Source: Octopus vulgaris
Lineage: Eukaryota
Direction: 5' to 3'
Length of the DNA stretch: 64,000 nt
NCBI GenBank assembly: GCA_951406725.2
Contig: OX597815.1
Span: 207,700,001 to 207,764,000 of the forward strand
The notes under the pieces are model-generated. The model had not been told where the DNA came from. It saw only the letters and a program-made list of their open reading frames with translations, and made no database searches. Positions 1 to 12,765 of the stretch are shown here, one piece after another. Numbering within the stretch: the first letter of the stretch is position 1; each line of letters begins with the position of its first letter. Both the position numbers and the translations under genes were made by a program.

Positions 1-619
1 TGTGGAGTTGTGTAAACAGAAAAACTTATTTTTTTTATTGACTTCTATTGTTATATGGAAGTCAATAAACGTGAAAGGGAATGTGAAAATATGTTCTGTG
101 TAATGAAACTGCATGTTACAGCAAGACTATCACAAATGCAAAGCTTCCATAAGGCAGGGGATACCTGTACAGTATTGTGAGTCTTTCTTCTGTTAGTTTG
201 CAAGTTATCTTCATCAAGTATGCATGTGTAAGAGAGAGAGAGAGAGAGGGGGAGGGGAGAGAGGGAGTAAGTGTTTGTGTGAAGGAGGAGTGTATGAACA
301 ATTAAGGGTTATAACAGTATTTTCTAAACCTGACAGAAGATGCCCAAGCCAAGGGAAGTAACTTAAGTTTTCTAGCTGACTTGTGTCAGATGTGCTTCTA
401 TTTGCGTGAACATGTGTGTGTATATGAAAACACTAAATTATGCTCATAATTACACACACACACACAGAAATTGTCCTTAAGTTTGTAGTTATTTGGTCAA
501 ATGTGATTTTAAAGTTTGTTTCTTTTTAACAGAGACTCACAAAATGAAAATTCCCTCTCTAGTGGCAGTGCATTGATTAAATGCACCCAGTACACTTGTT
601 AGGTTTTTCTTTTTATACA

Positions 620-1017
620 GGCAGAGGAGTGGCTGTGTGGTAAGTAGCTTGCTTACCAACCACATGGTTCCGGGTTCAGTCCCACTGCGTGGCATCTTGG
701 GCATGTGTCTTCTGCTATAGCCCCGGGCCGACCAATGCCTTGTGAGTGGATTTGGTAGACGGAAACCAAAAGAAGCCTGTCGTATATATGTATATGTTTG
801 TGTGTCTGTGTTTGTCCCCCTAGCATTGCTTGACAACCGATGCTGGTGTGTTTATGTCCCTGTCACTTAGCGGTTCGGCAAAAGAGACCGATAGAATAAG
901 TACTGGGCTTACAAAGAATAAGTCCTGGGGTCGATTTGCTCGACTAAAGGCGGTGCTCCAGCATGGTTGCAGTCAAAATGACTGAAACAAGTAAAAGAGT
1001 AAAAAAGTAAAGAGTAA
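620..1017 (+). mobile_element. tRNA-derived SINE family A (about 400 bp, octopus OK-like), full length
   Basis: Head GGAGTGGCTGTGTGGTAAG (A box) and GGTTCAGTCCC (B box), central (TA)n(TG)n, 3' end CAGCATGG..CAGTCAAATGACTGAAACAAGT with (AAAAGAGT)n tail. About 25 copies in the window. The family name is tentative. Confidence 0.9.
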
Positions 1018-1464
1018 AATGCCCTCTAAACCGTATGAAAACTTTCCTTTTAATTGACAGTGATATATGCCTATATACCTATTTCTGCATTTGCATAAGT
1101 GACTATAAATTATGTCATTTCATATTTATAAGATTGAATGTATGTTTTGCTTACACAAAGCTTTTAATTCATGTTCATACTTGGAATATTTGAAGCATTG
1201 AGTAAACTATGTTTGTTGGCAATTAGCTACCAGGACTTTGTAGCTTTCAATAATTCTATGCTTCCCAAAGTTTGCCTACATTACTTTCTGATGTACGCAG
1301 GCACCCTTTCTTCTCTGTGACCCTTTTAGTGTCTACTTTTCTTGTCTTTTTGTGCTTTATTTGTGCACTGAGCATGAATTCAGGCTTTCAGTGCTGCTTT
1401 CTACCTCTCTACTCTTTTCTGATGAGTTGAAGTGCACCTGAGCACTGTATACAATAAACCTATT

Positions 1465-1950
1465 ATTATTATTGAGTGAGAGAGCAGTGCATACCATCAA
1501 AGTGACACTGGGGTAAAATATACAAAGCCCAGTATACCCATCATGACTACCCGTCTGATAAGGGTACACTAGGCACATGCATCACAACCATATGTGCGCG
1601 ACATGGTGATCTCATATTAAGGTAAACAGCGCATGACCTTGCAGGTGGGGCCCAGTTAGAATTTTCTTCTGGTCAAGTAGCCCATCCCACTCAAAAGGTC
1701 CCTGAATAAGGGTTGTTTAAGGATGTTGAATGAACCACCCATGTTTACAAAGGTGAATTATCCAAACCTCCATGAATTCCTTTCAACACATGGCTATGAT
1801 GCTTCCCCACTACTTCTGCTTGTAATCAGAGATGCACATATCGTCAGCCACTAAGGGACATGCTCAACTGGTTAAGGTCAAACAACTGACCAGCAAATCT
1901 GTGGTTTTGAGCAGAATATTTTCTGTAGCCCATCTTTTATACCAAGACAA
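1465..1950 (-). mobile_element. Retroposon/LINE 3'-end-like interspersed repeat (family E)
   Basis: The segment attgagtgagagagcagtgc...gcacatgcatcacaacc recurs at 58688-58807, and both copies abut an (AAT)n tail. Confidence 0.6.
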
Positions 1951-3409
1951 GATTTTTTTGTGTGTTTTTTTTTTGTAGGTTGCAGGTATTTAGATCTCAT
2001 GTGTAACTTGGATTTTGAAACAGGGTCACAGTATCCTTGTGTGTCATAAGAAGCAGTTAAAGGGTTGGGACTGGGAAGGGCATCCAAGCATAAAACACTA
2101 TCTCTCAGAAAGTCCCATCCAACCTATACCAGCCTGGAAAAGAAGGAGTTAAAAACGATGACAATGATGATGATGATGATGGCTCAAGGCATGACTTGTT
2201 TCAGTAAGAGAAATGAGTAAATATGATTTGATAACTTTATTGTTATACTTATTAAATATTACTGATGTTAATTAACTTCATGTACGAAATGTTTAGTTAA
2301 TCAACAGAGTTTAGATGCAGATCCCTCAATTAAAAATGTTATAATTTCTCATTGTCAGCTTAATGATCTTAATTATTAAAGAAATACAAATTACTTAGAT
2401 TATAAATCTAAGGAAATTTCGTTCCATTACTATCCTTTAGACATTTCTTCTGTCTTGAAACAACATTAGTGGTTTGACTTTCTCTCCACAGAGATAAATT
2501 TACATCATATTTGTATATATTCTTTAATTAAAAAGTGAAAATGGGTGAGTTGATAATTTACTAGAAAAAAAGAAAAAGCAACTAATAGACTGGTGGTTAA
2601 TAGCCTAACATTAGTACTGCATTGTCTCTTGTTCAAGACATTTAATTTTCAATGGCTGAGTTCACATAGCTCCAACTAGGTACCATGAGTTGTATAAGTC
2701 GCCACCATAGGCGGGAGCTGTGCTATAAAATTGATGATTATTTTATTGGTTTGCAGTATTTCTTAAGATGGAAACAAAAAGCTGTCGGTAACAGATTGGT
2801 GTTCTGTCAAGGAAACAATTTATCTCTGTACATTCAACAGAGATAAGCACCAGCTTTATGTATCTTTGGGATTCAGAAGGAATAAGCACACACGTTTGTG
2901 CATACACAAGTACTTATCACATTTAGACACTAATGAATTACGTCAGTAATTAACAACTTTCAGAGATAGGCAGACATAATAACAACGTTAACACTTGAAC
3001 CTACTTATGTTCTGTCATCTAATATTCATTATAAAAATGAGTTACCTTTGGTTTTGATGAGGAGGACTCAGTTGTTTAATCACCTAAATTTCCAACTCAT
3101 TGAATTAGCTTTGATTAGTTGAGCATTCTACAGACAGCTGTGCTTTAAATGTAATCCTCAGGTAAAATCAGCAGGTACCTTTGAATTATAGATAGAATCC
3201 ACCCAGAAAGCTTTCCTACAGTCTCTGTCTACCCAATTTATCTCACAAAGGGTTGACTTGAGGCATAAGTAAAAAACATTTGCCCAAGATGCCAAGTAGT
3301 GAAGTTGAACCCAAGACCTCATGGTTGTAAAACAAACTTCTTAATCACTCAGCCATATCTTCGTCTACATTATGGGAACATTAGACATTATGAGCATTAA
3401 TTTGATACA

Positions 3410-3794
3410 GTGGAGGCGCAATGGCCCAGTGGTTAGGGCAGCGGACTCGCGGTCATAGGATCGCGGTTTCGATTCCCAGACCGGGCGTTGTGAGTGTTTA
3501 TTGAGCGAAAACACCTAAAGGCTCCACGCGGCTCCGGCAGGGGATGGTGGTGATCCCTGCTGTACTCTTTCACCACAACTTTCTCTCACTCTTACTTCCT
3601 GTTTCTGTTGTACCTGTATTTCAAAGGGCCGGCCTTGTCACTCTCTGTGTCACGCTGAATATCCCCGAGAACTACGTTAAGGGTACACGTGTCTGTGGAG
3701 TGCTCAGCCACTTACACGTTAATTCCACAAGCAGGCTGTTCCGTTGATTCGGATCAACTGGAACCCTCGTCGTCGTAACCGATGGAGTGCTTCC
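3410..3794 (+). mobile_element. tRNA-derived SINE family C (OR-like), full length, with 11-bp TSD
   Basis: Head GTGGAGGCGCAATGGCCCAGTGGTTAGGGCAGCGGACTCGCGG...GGTTTCGATTCCC has A and B boxes. TSD AATTTGATACA at 3399-3409 and 3795-3805. Confidence 0.88.
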
Positions 3795-4781
3795 AATTTG
3801 ATACAATGAAAGAACAACAGGCCCATTTATGCTTTTAATGTTTAACACCTTTTATATCATATCAAAATCATATCAAAGCATTAATTTAATAACAAAATAT
3901 CAAGTTTTATTTTTAGGTACATTAGCACCAAATTTGTAGGACTTTAATCCAGTAGAATTTACATACATTTTGACATATGATCAAAATGCATATCTTGATG
4001 GATTGCATGCAAATCGAAGAAAGAGACACAGCAATAAAGAATAAAGCCGGTGGGATGTGTCACTCAAAATGGCAAAGAAAATCAGCTTAAATAACTAAGA
4101 AACAATGGAATATTTTATAAAACGGTTTAGACTATAATAATACTTTCTTACATTGGTACAAGGGGACAAGGTTTAATGGAAAGGGTGTAGTTAATTGAAT
4201 TAACTCCTATGTGTAAATGGTATTTCTTTAATAAGCAATAGTAGAATGGAAGGCAAATTTGACCTTTGTGGGATCTGAGCTCAGAATTTTGAAGAACACT
4301 ATATTCTGTTGGGCACTTAGTATAATTCCCAACTATTTCTGCCATATGACTATCTATGCTTTATTAGGATATAGTAATTGTTAGCAAAATAGGCACCAGG
4401 CCACCGATGTGTTCGTCTATCATACCAAACCCAGTAATTTGTTCATTCTTATTTATGAAAGCCGGAAGAGCAAAAGAATAAATAGTCAAACTGGACAAGA
4501 TTTGAAATCAGAAGATAATGTACAGTAACTTATAACCAAAAAATAAATGTCTGATGCTCTACTGATTCTATCATACACCCTCAACCTTTCATTAATTCCT
4601 TTGCTGGAAATCATACTCAGGCTGCCTGGGTGAATCCCAAGAACAACAGCATATAAGAATATAATAACAAAAAGTCTTCAATTCGGTAAGGAGCAATAGA
4701 TATGTTACATTAGTCTTACTATCATTTTAGATAGCAATCATTGATGTTATCGTTATGTGTTATTGTAATTGTTTTACTTAC

Positions 4782-4927
4782 CTTGGCAAGGTGCAGTCTT
4801 CCATTGGATGCCCGGCTTGTAAGCAACATATGATTAGAGAAAAGAAAGACTTGTCGCACAACTTCTCGTTTAGAAGAAAGACCGAGCAGATTCTTTGGTT
4901 TATCTGGCAACAACTGAAGTAGAAGTC
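4782..4927 (-). CDS. RASGRF: RasGRF-like internal coding exon, N-terminal part of the second PH domain
   Basis: Minus strand reads ttttgtcatccag|GA CTT CTA CTT CAG...CTT GCC AAG|gtaagt. The exon is 146 nt, phase 1 to 0. Translation (G)LLLQLLPDKPKNLLGLSSKREVVRQVFLFSNHMLLTSRASNGRLHLAK matches from memory the vertebrate RasGRF1/2 PH2 segment GSLIQV...[26 protein letters not shown]. Confidence 0.93.
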
Positions 4928-5002
4928 CTGGATGACAAAATATAGAGATAATTAGTTTTAAAATAATTAATATAATCATGTATAGATACACAAGTAATAT
5001 AT

Positions 5003-5228
5003 ATTTCTTTACTGCCCACAAGGAGCTAAACATGGAGGGAACAAACAAGGACAGACAAAGGGATTAAGTCGATTACATCGACCCCAGTACGAAACTGGCA
5101 CTTTATCAACCCCGAAAGGATGAGAGGCAAAGTCGACCTCGGCGGAAGTTGAACTCAGAACGTAACAACAGACGAAATACTGCTAAGCATTTCACCCGGC
5201 ATGCTAATGTTTCTGCCAGCTCACCACC
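5003..5228 (-). mobile_element. SINE family B (about 240 bp)
   Basis: Head GGCGGCGAGCTGGCAGAAACGTTAGC and central GCCTTTCATCCTTTCGGGGTCGATAAA..AGTACCAG, which resembles the Meta/Nin SINE domain. Imperfect TSD of about 23 bp (tgtata.ata.acaagtaatata). Confidence 0.85.
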
Positions 5229-5347
5229 TGTATATAAATATACAAGTAATATAAAATAATGACTATAAAATATCCACTCTCTATTAGACAGCTGCATTTT
5301 TACCCTTATATAAAAACAACAGTTAAAATACGAGTTATTACAACATA

Positions 5348-5760
5348 GGCGCAGGAGTGGCTGTGTAGTAAGTAGCTTGTTTACCAACCACACGGTTCCG
5401 GGTTCAGTCCCACTGCGTGGCACCTTGAGCAAGTGTCTTCTGCTATAGCCCCGGGCTGACCAATGCCTTGTGAGTGGATTTGGTAGACGGAAACTGAAAG
5501 AAGCCTGTCGTATATATGTATATATGTATATATGTGTGTGTGTTTGTGTGTCTGTGTTTGTCCCCCTAGCATTGCTTGGCAACCGATGCTGGTGTGTTTA
5601 TGCCCCCGTCACTTAGCGGTTCGGCAAAAGAGACCGATAGAATAAGTACTGGGCTTACAAAAGAATAAGTTCCGGGGTAGAGTTGCTCGACTAAAGGTGG
5701 TGCTCCAGCATGGCCACAGTCAAATGACTGAAACAAGTGAAACAAAACAAACAAACAAAC
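5348..5760 (+). mobile_element. SINE family A with a direct flanking repeat of about 72 bp
   Basis: Full-length copy. Flanks 5276-5347 and 5759-5832 are near-identical. Confidence 0.9.
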
Positions 5761-6274
5761 TCTCTATTAGACAGCTGCATTTTTACCCTTATATAAAAAC
5801 AACAATATTAAAATACGAGTTATTACAACATAGTTATAATTCCATTTGTACTTGTCTAGCAAGGGATTAGATTGGGAGCTGTAGGTTAAGACTGAAGCAA
5901 TTACATTGTAGAAGGAGCTATTTTAGTCAACTGGAAAACTTAAAAAGTTGCTGTGGAACTGTGTCAGTGACCTGATGCGTGATGAAAAGTTGGACATTTC
6001 AAGAAATGAATAAAAAAGTTAATTTAATAGTTTTTTTTGTGTCTTTAGATGGTAGCAATAATTGTCACCTGGAGATTATTATTTAATATGCATAAGATAA
6101 TTGTCAAGATATGGATGAGTGGCTGTGTGGTAAGTAGCTTGCTAACCAACCACATGGTTCCGGGTTCAGTCCCACTGCGTGGCATCTTGGGCAAGTGTCT
6201 TCTGCTATAGCCCCGGGCTGACCAATGCCTTGTGAGTGGATTTGGTAGACGGAAACTGAAAGAAGCCTGTTGGA

Positions 6275-6313
<39 letters not shown>

Positions 6314-7055
6314 GTGTGTGTATATGTTTGTGAGTCTGTGTTTGTCTCCCTAGCATTGCTTGACAACCGATGCTGGTGTGTTTACGTCCCCGTCACTTGG
6401 CGGTTCGGCAAAAGAGACCGATAGAATAAGTACTGGGCTTACAAAAGAATAAGTTCCGGGGTAGAGTTGCTCGACTAAAGGTGGTGCTCCAGCATGGCCA
6501 CAGTCAAATGACTGAAACAAGTGAAACAAAACAAACAAACAAACTCTCTATTAGACAGCTGCATTTTTACCCTTATATAAAAACAACAATATTAAAATAC
6601 GAGTTATTACAACATAGTTATAATTCCATTTGTACTTGTCTAGCAAGGGATTAGATTGGGAGCTGTAGGTTAAGACTGAAGCAATTACATTGTAGAAGGA
6701 GCTATTTTAGTCAACTGGAAAACTTAAAAAGTTGCTGTGGAACTGTGTCAGTGACCTGATGCGTGATGAAAAGTTGGACATTTCAAGAAATGAATAAAAA
6801 AGTTAATTTAATAGTTTTTTTTGTGTCTTTAGATGGTAGCAATAATTGTCACCTGGAGATTATTATTTAATATGCATAAGATAATTGTCAAGATATGGAT
6901 GAGTGGCTGTGTGGTAAGTAGCTTGCTAACCAACCACATGGTTCCGGGTTCAGTCCCACTGCGTGGCATCTTGGGCAAGTGTCTTCTGCTATAGCCCCGG
7001 GCTGACCAATGCCTTGTGAGTGGATTTGGTAGACGGAAACTGAAAGAAGCCTGTT

Positions 7056-7097
<42 letters not shown>

Positions 7098-7224
7098 GTG
7101 TGTGTATATGTTTGTGAGTCTGTGTTTGTCTCCCTAGCATTGCTTGACAACCGATGCTGGTGTGTTTACGTCCCCGTCACTTGGCGGTTCGGCAAAAGAG
7201 ACCGATAGAATAAGTACTGGGCTT
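5620..7224. repeat. 784-bp tandem duplication
   Basis: Unique spacer 5759-6112 is repeated at 6543-6896. The paired ORFs in the track are offset by exactly 784. Confidence 0.92.
6113..6544 (+). mobile_element. SINE family A (chimeric copy at a duplication junction)
   Basis: The 5' half shares diagnostic bases with the 6897 copy and the 3' half with the 5348 copy. Confidence 0.88.
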
Positions 7225-7315
7225 AGAAAGGATAAGCCCCGGGGTCGATTTGCTCGACTAAAGGCGGTGCTCCAGCATGGCCGCAGTCAAATGACTGAAA
7301 CAAGTAAAAGAGTAA
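6897..7315 (+). mobile_element. SINE family A
   Basis: Full-length family A sequence. Confidence 0.9.
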
Positions 7316-7625
7316 TGTATGTGAAAATGTGTGTGTATCATCAACCTCATTGACTGTCCTACTTCCATGCTGGTGTGGGTCAGGCAGTTTGACAAGAGCT
7401 GGTAAGTTAGAGGACTGCGTTAAGTAGAGCTTGACATACACACATATATATACATATAAATACACATTATCACCAAATCAGTGAAGATGATCGTTATTAT
7501 TATCTAACATAAAATAAACAATTACTTTTACAAGAGCTTTTAAAAATCCTTGATTTATGCCAACCAACTGAAAAAAAAAATTCTGTTAATGAAGCATAGT
7601 AGTGTATACGTTCAATACACTATAA

Positions 7626-7862
7626 CAGTGGTTTATATCCAGGATTCCGCGGAACCTTAGGGTTCTGCAGAACCTGAGGGTTCTGCCAGTACAGTCCAGG
7701 GGTTCCGCAAGAAGTTACAAAACTGCTAAAACCAGCAGTAATTTTTAATTCTCCTGTGCAGATATGTGTGCATAAAATTATTAAATTATTGCACAGGGGT
7801 TCCTCGAGCCAGTGGAAAGTTCCCTTGGGGTTCCGCTCCAGCAGAAAGTTTGAAAAGCACTG
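7626..7862. mobile_element. hAT (Charlie/Buster-type) MITE
   Basis: CAGTG...CACTG termini and 8-bp TSD CACTATAA (7618-7625 and 7863-7870). Further copies at 9238 and 39298. Confidence 0.88.
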
Positions 7863-7899
7863 CACTATAATGATGCAGTGTATTCATATTGTATAAATG

Positions 7900-8210
7900 A
7901 CAAACGTCACCCTTTTCAAGCCTAGCCAGGCTCATGGACCCGGTTTCCCGATTTCTGTGGCATATGTGTTCCCCCACCAGTTGGACGGGACACCAGTCCA
8001 TCGCAGCATTACTCAAGAAACAGGAAGAGAGAGTGAGAGAAAGTTGTGGCGAAAGAGTACAACAGGGGTCACCACCCCCTGCTGGAGCCTCGTGGAGCTT
8101 TTAGGTGTTTTCGCTCAATAGACACACACAACGCCCGGTCTGGGAATTGAAACCACGATCCTCCGACCACGAGTTCGCTGCCCTAACCACTGGGCCATTG
8201 TGCCTCGACA
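7900..8210 (-). mobile_element. SINE family C variant (different 3' tail)
   Basis: Same tRNA-like head as the 3410 copy. The tail is shared with the 37343 copy. Confidence 0.8.
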
Positions 8211-8644
8211 TTTCATATTGTATATTAATATTGAAATAAAAGTATGAATTATTGGACTTTGAAAGGGAAAGGAACAGAAAAGAAGGAGTCACACACATTT
8301 GTATTTGTCCAGGGTAATTTAAACCTTATATTGTGTGACAACCTGTATTTAGAATTTGCATTATGTAACTCATAATCATTTCATCTTAATGAAACACATG
8401 TAAGATGATGTAACTAAAAATCTTATAAACAATCTCTCGTTTTGTTTTGTGGGTGTGTGAGTGAGCACACACACACACACACAATTCATCAAATTCATGG
8501 AAACATGGAAATAAAAGTGAATGAAAAAACATAAGTGTGAATTGGAAGGGTTCTGTAGTAGGTATAAAAGGCGTACAACAAAAATAAACTGAGTCTTTTA
8601 ATTTGATGTAGCATGAGAAGTTTAAACCCTTAGTATTTTATAAT

Positions 8645-8965
8645 AATAATAATGCAATTATTGTATACAGTGCTCAGGTGCACCACGACTTGTCAGAAAG
8701 TGCGTATAAAGCATATGCAGTAATGTACAAATGTCTGGAAAGTGAACAATGCATGAGTCAGATACATGCTTGCATGTGTATGGAGGGGAGAAAATCAGGT
8801 GTAGTGTTGGCGAATCTCAGGAAGCATGGAAGTTTTGAAGGATGCAGTGCTCCAACAACTAACAACTGATGCCGGCAGTTTGTTCCATGCTTCAGCAACT
8901 CTCAACGTGAAAAAAATGTTTCCTAAAGTCATGGGAACTGTGCTGTTTTCTGACTTTGTAAATAT
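8645..8965 (-). mobile_element. CR1/L2-type LINE 3' end
   Basis: Minus strand encodes a degenerate ORF2 C-terminus (KVRKQHSSHDFRK.FFTLRVAEAWNKLPASVVSC.STASFKT), then a 3' UTR and an (ATT)n tail. Copies at 56935 and 63605. Confidence 0.82.
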
Positions 8966-9167
8966 TTAAACAAGCTACATCCAACTCGAATATTCTGCCT
9001 GGTTTATGTTCAAACTGGCCAGATCCAGCATGCCACACCTACCCTACAAGATCATTCTAAAAATACACACTTGCATCATTGAAATCTTGAAGCTATGAGA
9101 TAAAAGAAACGAATCAATGTGAATAAATATACATTACATTTGACAGAGTAATCTGAATTCTAAAGGG
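8966..9167. mobile_element. piggyBac-type MITE, partial
   Basis: Ends CTAAAGGG|TTAA. The interior is the reverse complement of the 15589 and 16823 copies. Confidence 0.65.
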
Positions 9168-9237
9168 TTAAAACTCATTTTGTAATAATTTTAGAAAAGC
9201 AGGAATTTTATACTAAAGTTATTGTTACAATTTAACA

Positions 9238-9438
9238 CAGTAGTTTTCAACCAGGGTTCCGCCAGTACAGTCCAGGGGTTCCGCAAGGAGTTACAAAACT
9301 GCTAAAATCAGCAGTAATTTTTAAGTCTCCTGTGCAGATATGTGTGCATAAGACTATTAAATTATTGCACAGGGGTTCCTCGAGTCAGTGGAATGTTTCC
9401 TTGGGGTTCCGCTCCAGCAAAATGTTTGAAAAGCACTG
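9238..9438. mobile_element. hAT MITE
   Basis: CAGTA...CACTG termini and 8-bp TSD ATTTAACA. Confidence 0.88.
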
Positions 9439-9457
9439 ATTTAACACAATGCAAAGC

Positions 9458-9489
<32 letters not shown>

Positions 9490-10009
9490 TCAGTCACGTA
9501 CCATCACTGAGGTTAAAGTGATGTCTCACCATTATTGATTAACTTAATCTATAGACTATTCCTGACCATCATGCTATAACTAGTGTCTACTTACTTCTTG
9601 GTACTACTGCAAAGAGCTATTGATCTATGATTCATTAATCAAAAATCATACACACAAGGAAGCTTCTGATGACCAGAAGCAAGTGTTTCTGATGACCAGA
9701 CCGGAAAATTGTTTGTTTGTTTTTTTTCCTTTTTCATGGTTTGGTGAAGAGGTATTGTCAAACCAGGAGTAATTTCATCACAAGGTGACGGGAAAACCTA
9801 CTGTTGGTAACCATGTAATCCAGTACTACCTGCTCATGGTAGAGTAGTTGGCGACTAAACTAATCCCCCAATAGGATTATCTATGAGGAGATTGTATGAG
9901 CACCCAGCAGGATTAAAAAAACCCAAACTGCAAAAAGTGGCTGAGTGCCTTAAGAGCTGGTGGTAATGGTATCTTGGAGAAGAGATAAGAAGCACCAGCA
10001 TTACCAACT

Positions 10010-10165
10010 ATCTATCTGCGGCTTTATATAGCTATGGTAAGACCTCACCTGGAATTTGCATCACCGGTCTGGAACCCCTATCTTGCCCAGGATATCAATC
10101 GTCTGGAAGCCGTTCAGCGACGTGCAACCAAATGAATACCCTACATCAGGCATTTGCCATATTCT
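10010..10165 (+). mobile_element. CR1-type LINE ORF2 fragment (post-RT region)
   Basis: Translates LYIAMVRPHLEFASPVWNPYLAQDINRLEAVQRRATK*, the classic CR1 VRPHLEY..VW.P...LE.VQRRATK motif, with an in-frame stop. Confidence 0.85.
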
Positions 10166-11069
10166 GTTTTGATTCCCAGACCACGAGTCCGCTGTCCTAA
10201 CCACTGGGCCATTGCACCTCCACTAAGGATCTTTTATCATTTTTAATTTCCTTTGTTGATATTAGTGAAAACTTTTGAAGAGGCCATACTAATGTACATT
10301 TTCAATAACAGATATCTAGATCTTTGGATTCTGTCTTGGGAAAACGGAATGACATTATAAGTAGAGATGTTAGTTGGATTCATAAAGGATAGGAATTTTA
10401 TTACTGGGGAGTAGTTAAACCAAATAGCATCTTGGGACTATTTTGCAAAAGAAAATTATTATTCTTGAAATAAAAGCTAAATATATTTTAACTGAATGTT
10501 CTAGCATCTTTTCATTGTTTTCAATAAATACTTTCTAATTAACCAATTATTTTTCTATTTATTTTGGGATGTCTATCCTTCTAGCATTTAAACAGGCCAT
10601 ATCAGGCTTCTCATACCTACCCTACAATGTCACTCAAGAAATAAATCAAAATCTTGAAACTATGAGGTAATGCATGACTGATTCAAAGCAATGTTAATAA
10701 ATAAGTATAGCATTTGAAAGAGAGTAATCTGAATGCTAAATCAATCTTAACTAAGTTTACAATTAACACATGAAAGTAATCATTGTTCAGATACAAACTA
10801 AAAATTAGTGAAAGTTCAAGTTGTAGCAATGTCATATCATTGGAAAATATATCTTAGTTTTTACAAAATATACAATTAAACATTTGCCATGCTAGTTATT
10901 GTACTTTCTGTGGATGCTGAGTGGCCAAGATGTTTACTATGCAATTTATAAGGCTCTGAGTTGAACACCACTGTGCAACATTTGGAGAAAATGTATTAAC
11001 ATTGGCCTTGGGTCAACCCAAGTTTTATGAATGAATTTGGGTCTACACAAACTGTATAAAAAATTATCA

Positions 11070-11468
11070 AAATCAATGGAAATTGCAGCTGTGATACCAG
11101 TGCCGGTGGCACGTAAGCAAACCATCCGATCGTGGTCATTGCCAGTGCCGTCCCGACTGGCCTCTGTGCCAGTGGCACGTAAAAAGCACCATCTGACCGT
11201 GGCCGTTTGCCAGCCCCATCTGGCACCTGTGCCGGTGGCACGTAAAAGCACCATCCGTTCGTGGCCGTTTGCCAGCCCCGTCTGGCACGTAAAAAGCACC
11301 CACTACACTCATGGAGTGGTTGGCATTAGGTAGGGCATCCATCCGTAGAAACACTGCCAGATCTGACTGGGCCTGGTGCAGCCTTCTGGCCTCCCAGACC
11401 CCAGTTGAACCGTCCAACCCATGCTAGCATGGAAAGCAGACGCTAAATGATGATGATGATGATGATGA
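11070..11468 (+). mobile_element. Non-autonomous retroposon family D with an internal minisatellite (unit about 60 bp) and (GAT)n tail
   Basis: Tandem units GGCACGTAAAAAGCACCATCCG...; 3' end GGTTGGC.TTAGG.AGGGCATCC...CCATGC.AGCATGGAAAGC.GACG.TAAA(TGA)n. Copies at 34505, 36160 and 41660. Confidence 0.78.
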
Positions 11469-11715
11469 ATGTACCTGTAATTCAGAGTTCATAGGAACAC
11501 TGGTGTCATGCTTATTCTACCTGAGAATTATGTAAAGAATATCTCAGGAATACTCAGCCACTTGGCATGTTAATTCAATGAGTAGATTGTCCATTTGATC
11601 AAACAACTGGGTACTCAAGAGTCAAAATCAACATGAGAGTCCAGCAATGGTAACTGATTGGTATCCAGTATAAGTAGGCAAAAAATAATATACTATACTT
11701 CTTAATTACAGTACT

Positions 11716-12765
11716 GGGATCTTTACCTTTGTTCCTACAGATTTAAAAAATAATTTTTTGTAACTAAACACTTTCAAACTTGGACTCTGGTAGAATGTGT
11801 CATATAAAACATCTTTTACTCTGAGAATTTTAGAGAAAAACTTTTATTTACGAAGTTATTTCAAGTTAAAGTTGTCGTATTTCGGTAATTTCAACCAATC
11901 AATGACATGTATTCAGTTGAATAAAATTACTGCTGTTGTTTGTCAACAACAACTATCGGTGGTGTATTTTTTATTTGTCACTGTTATTTATGACATCGTT
12001 CATGCGTTTGTACTGGTTTTAAGGTTTTAGGGTTGGTTTTAGGGTTAGGGTTTTAGGGTTGTCATAAATAACATTGACGAACGAAATATACACCACCAGA
12101 AGTTCTTGTTGACAAACAACGGCAGTAATTTTATTCAGCTGAATACACGTCATTGATTGGTTGAAATTACCAAAATACGAGAACTTTAACACGAAATAAC
12201 TTCATAAACATAAACTTCTCTCAACAATAGGCGCAGGAGTGGCTGTGTGGCAAGTAGCTTGTTTACCAACCACATGGCTCCGGGTTCAGTCCCACTGTGT
12301 GGCACCTTGGGCAAGTGTCTTCTACTATAGCCTCAGGCCGACCAAAGCCTTGTGAGTGGATTTGGTAGGCGGAAACTGAAAGAAGCCCATCGTATATATG
12401 TATATATATATATATATATATGCATGTGTGTGTTTGTGTGTCTGTGTTTGTCCCCCTAGCATTGCTTGACAACCGATGCTGGTGTGTTTATGTCCCCGTT
12501 ACTTAGCAGTTCAGCAAAAGAGACCGATAGAATAAGTACTGGGCTTACAAAAGAATAAGTCCCGGGGTCAAGTTGCTCGATTAAAGGCGGTGCTCCAGCA
12601 TGGCCGCAGTCAAATGACTGAAACAAGTAAAAGAGTAAAAGAGTAATCGCTAAGAGTAAAATATGTTTTATATGACACATACATTCTACCAGTGTCCGAA
12701 GTTTGAAAGTGTTTAGTTACAAAAAAATTATTCTTTAAATCTGTAGGTCAAAAGGTAAAGATCCC
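11716..12765. mobile_element. Foldback MITE with TIRs of about 280 bp, a TTAGGG-like core and a 6-bp TSD
   Basis: Termini GGGATCTTTACC...GGTAAAGATCCC are flanked by AGTACT on both sides. The arms are reverse complements. The right arm is interrupted by a SINE A. Confidence 0.88.
12230..12646 (+). mobile_element. SINE family A nested in the foldback MITE
   Basis: Full-length family A sequence. Confidence 0.9.

Noticed and set aside
116-301. Possible next RasGRF exon (frame reading CILDEDNLQ..., donor-like CAG|gtatcc near 164)
   Set aside because: No usable in-frame acceptor and no convincing match to the expected PH2 continuation. The next exon probably lies outside the window.
537-836. Recurrent ORFs such as MSSNARGTNTDT..., MTTDAGVF... 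and RQASFSFRLPNPLTR...
   Set aside because: Translations of SINE family A on either strand, not genes.
3410-3490. tRNA-like sequence
   Set aside because: It is the head of a SINE with body and TSD, and lacks an intact acceptor stem.
9665-9710. Two CTGATGACCAGA motifs (hammerhead core-like)
   Set aside because: No convincing stems I and III around a GAAA. It is simply a short direct duplication.
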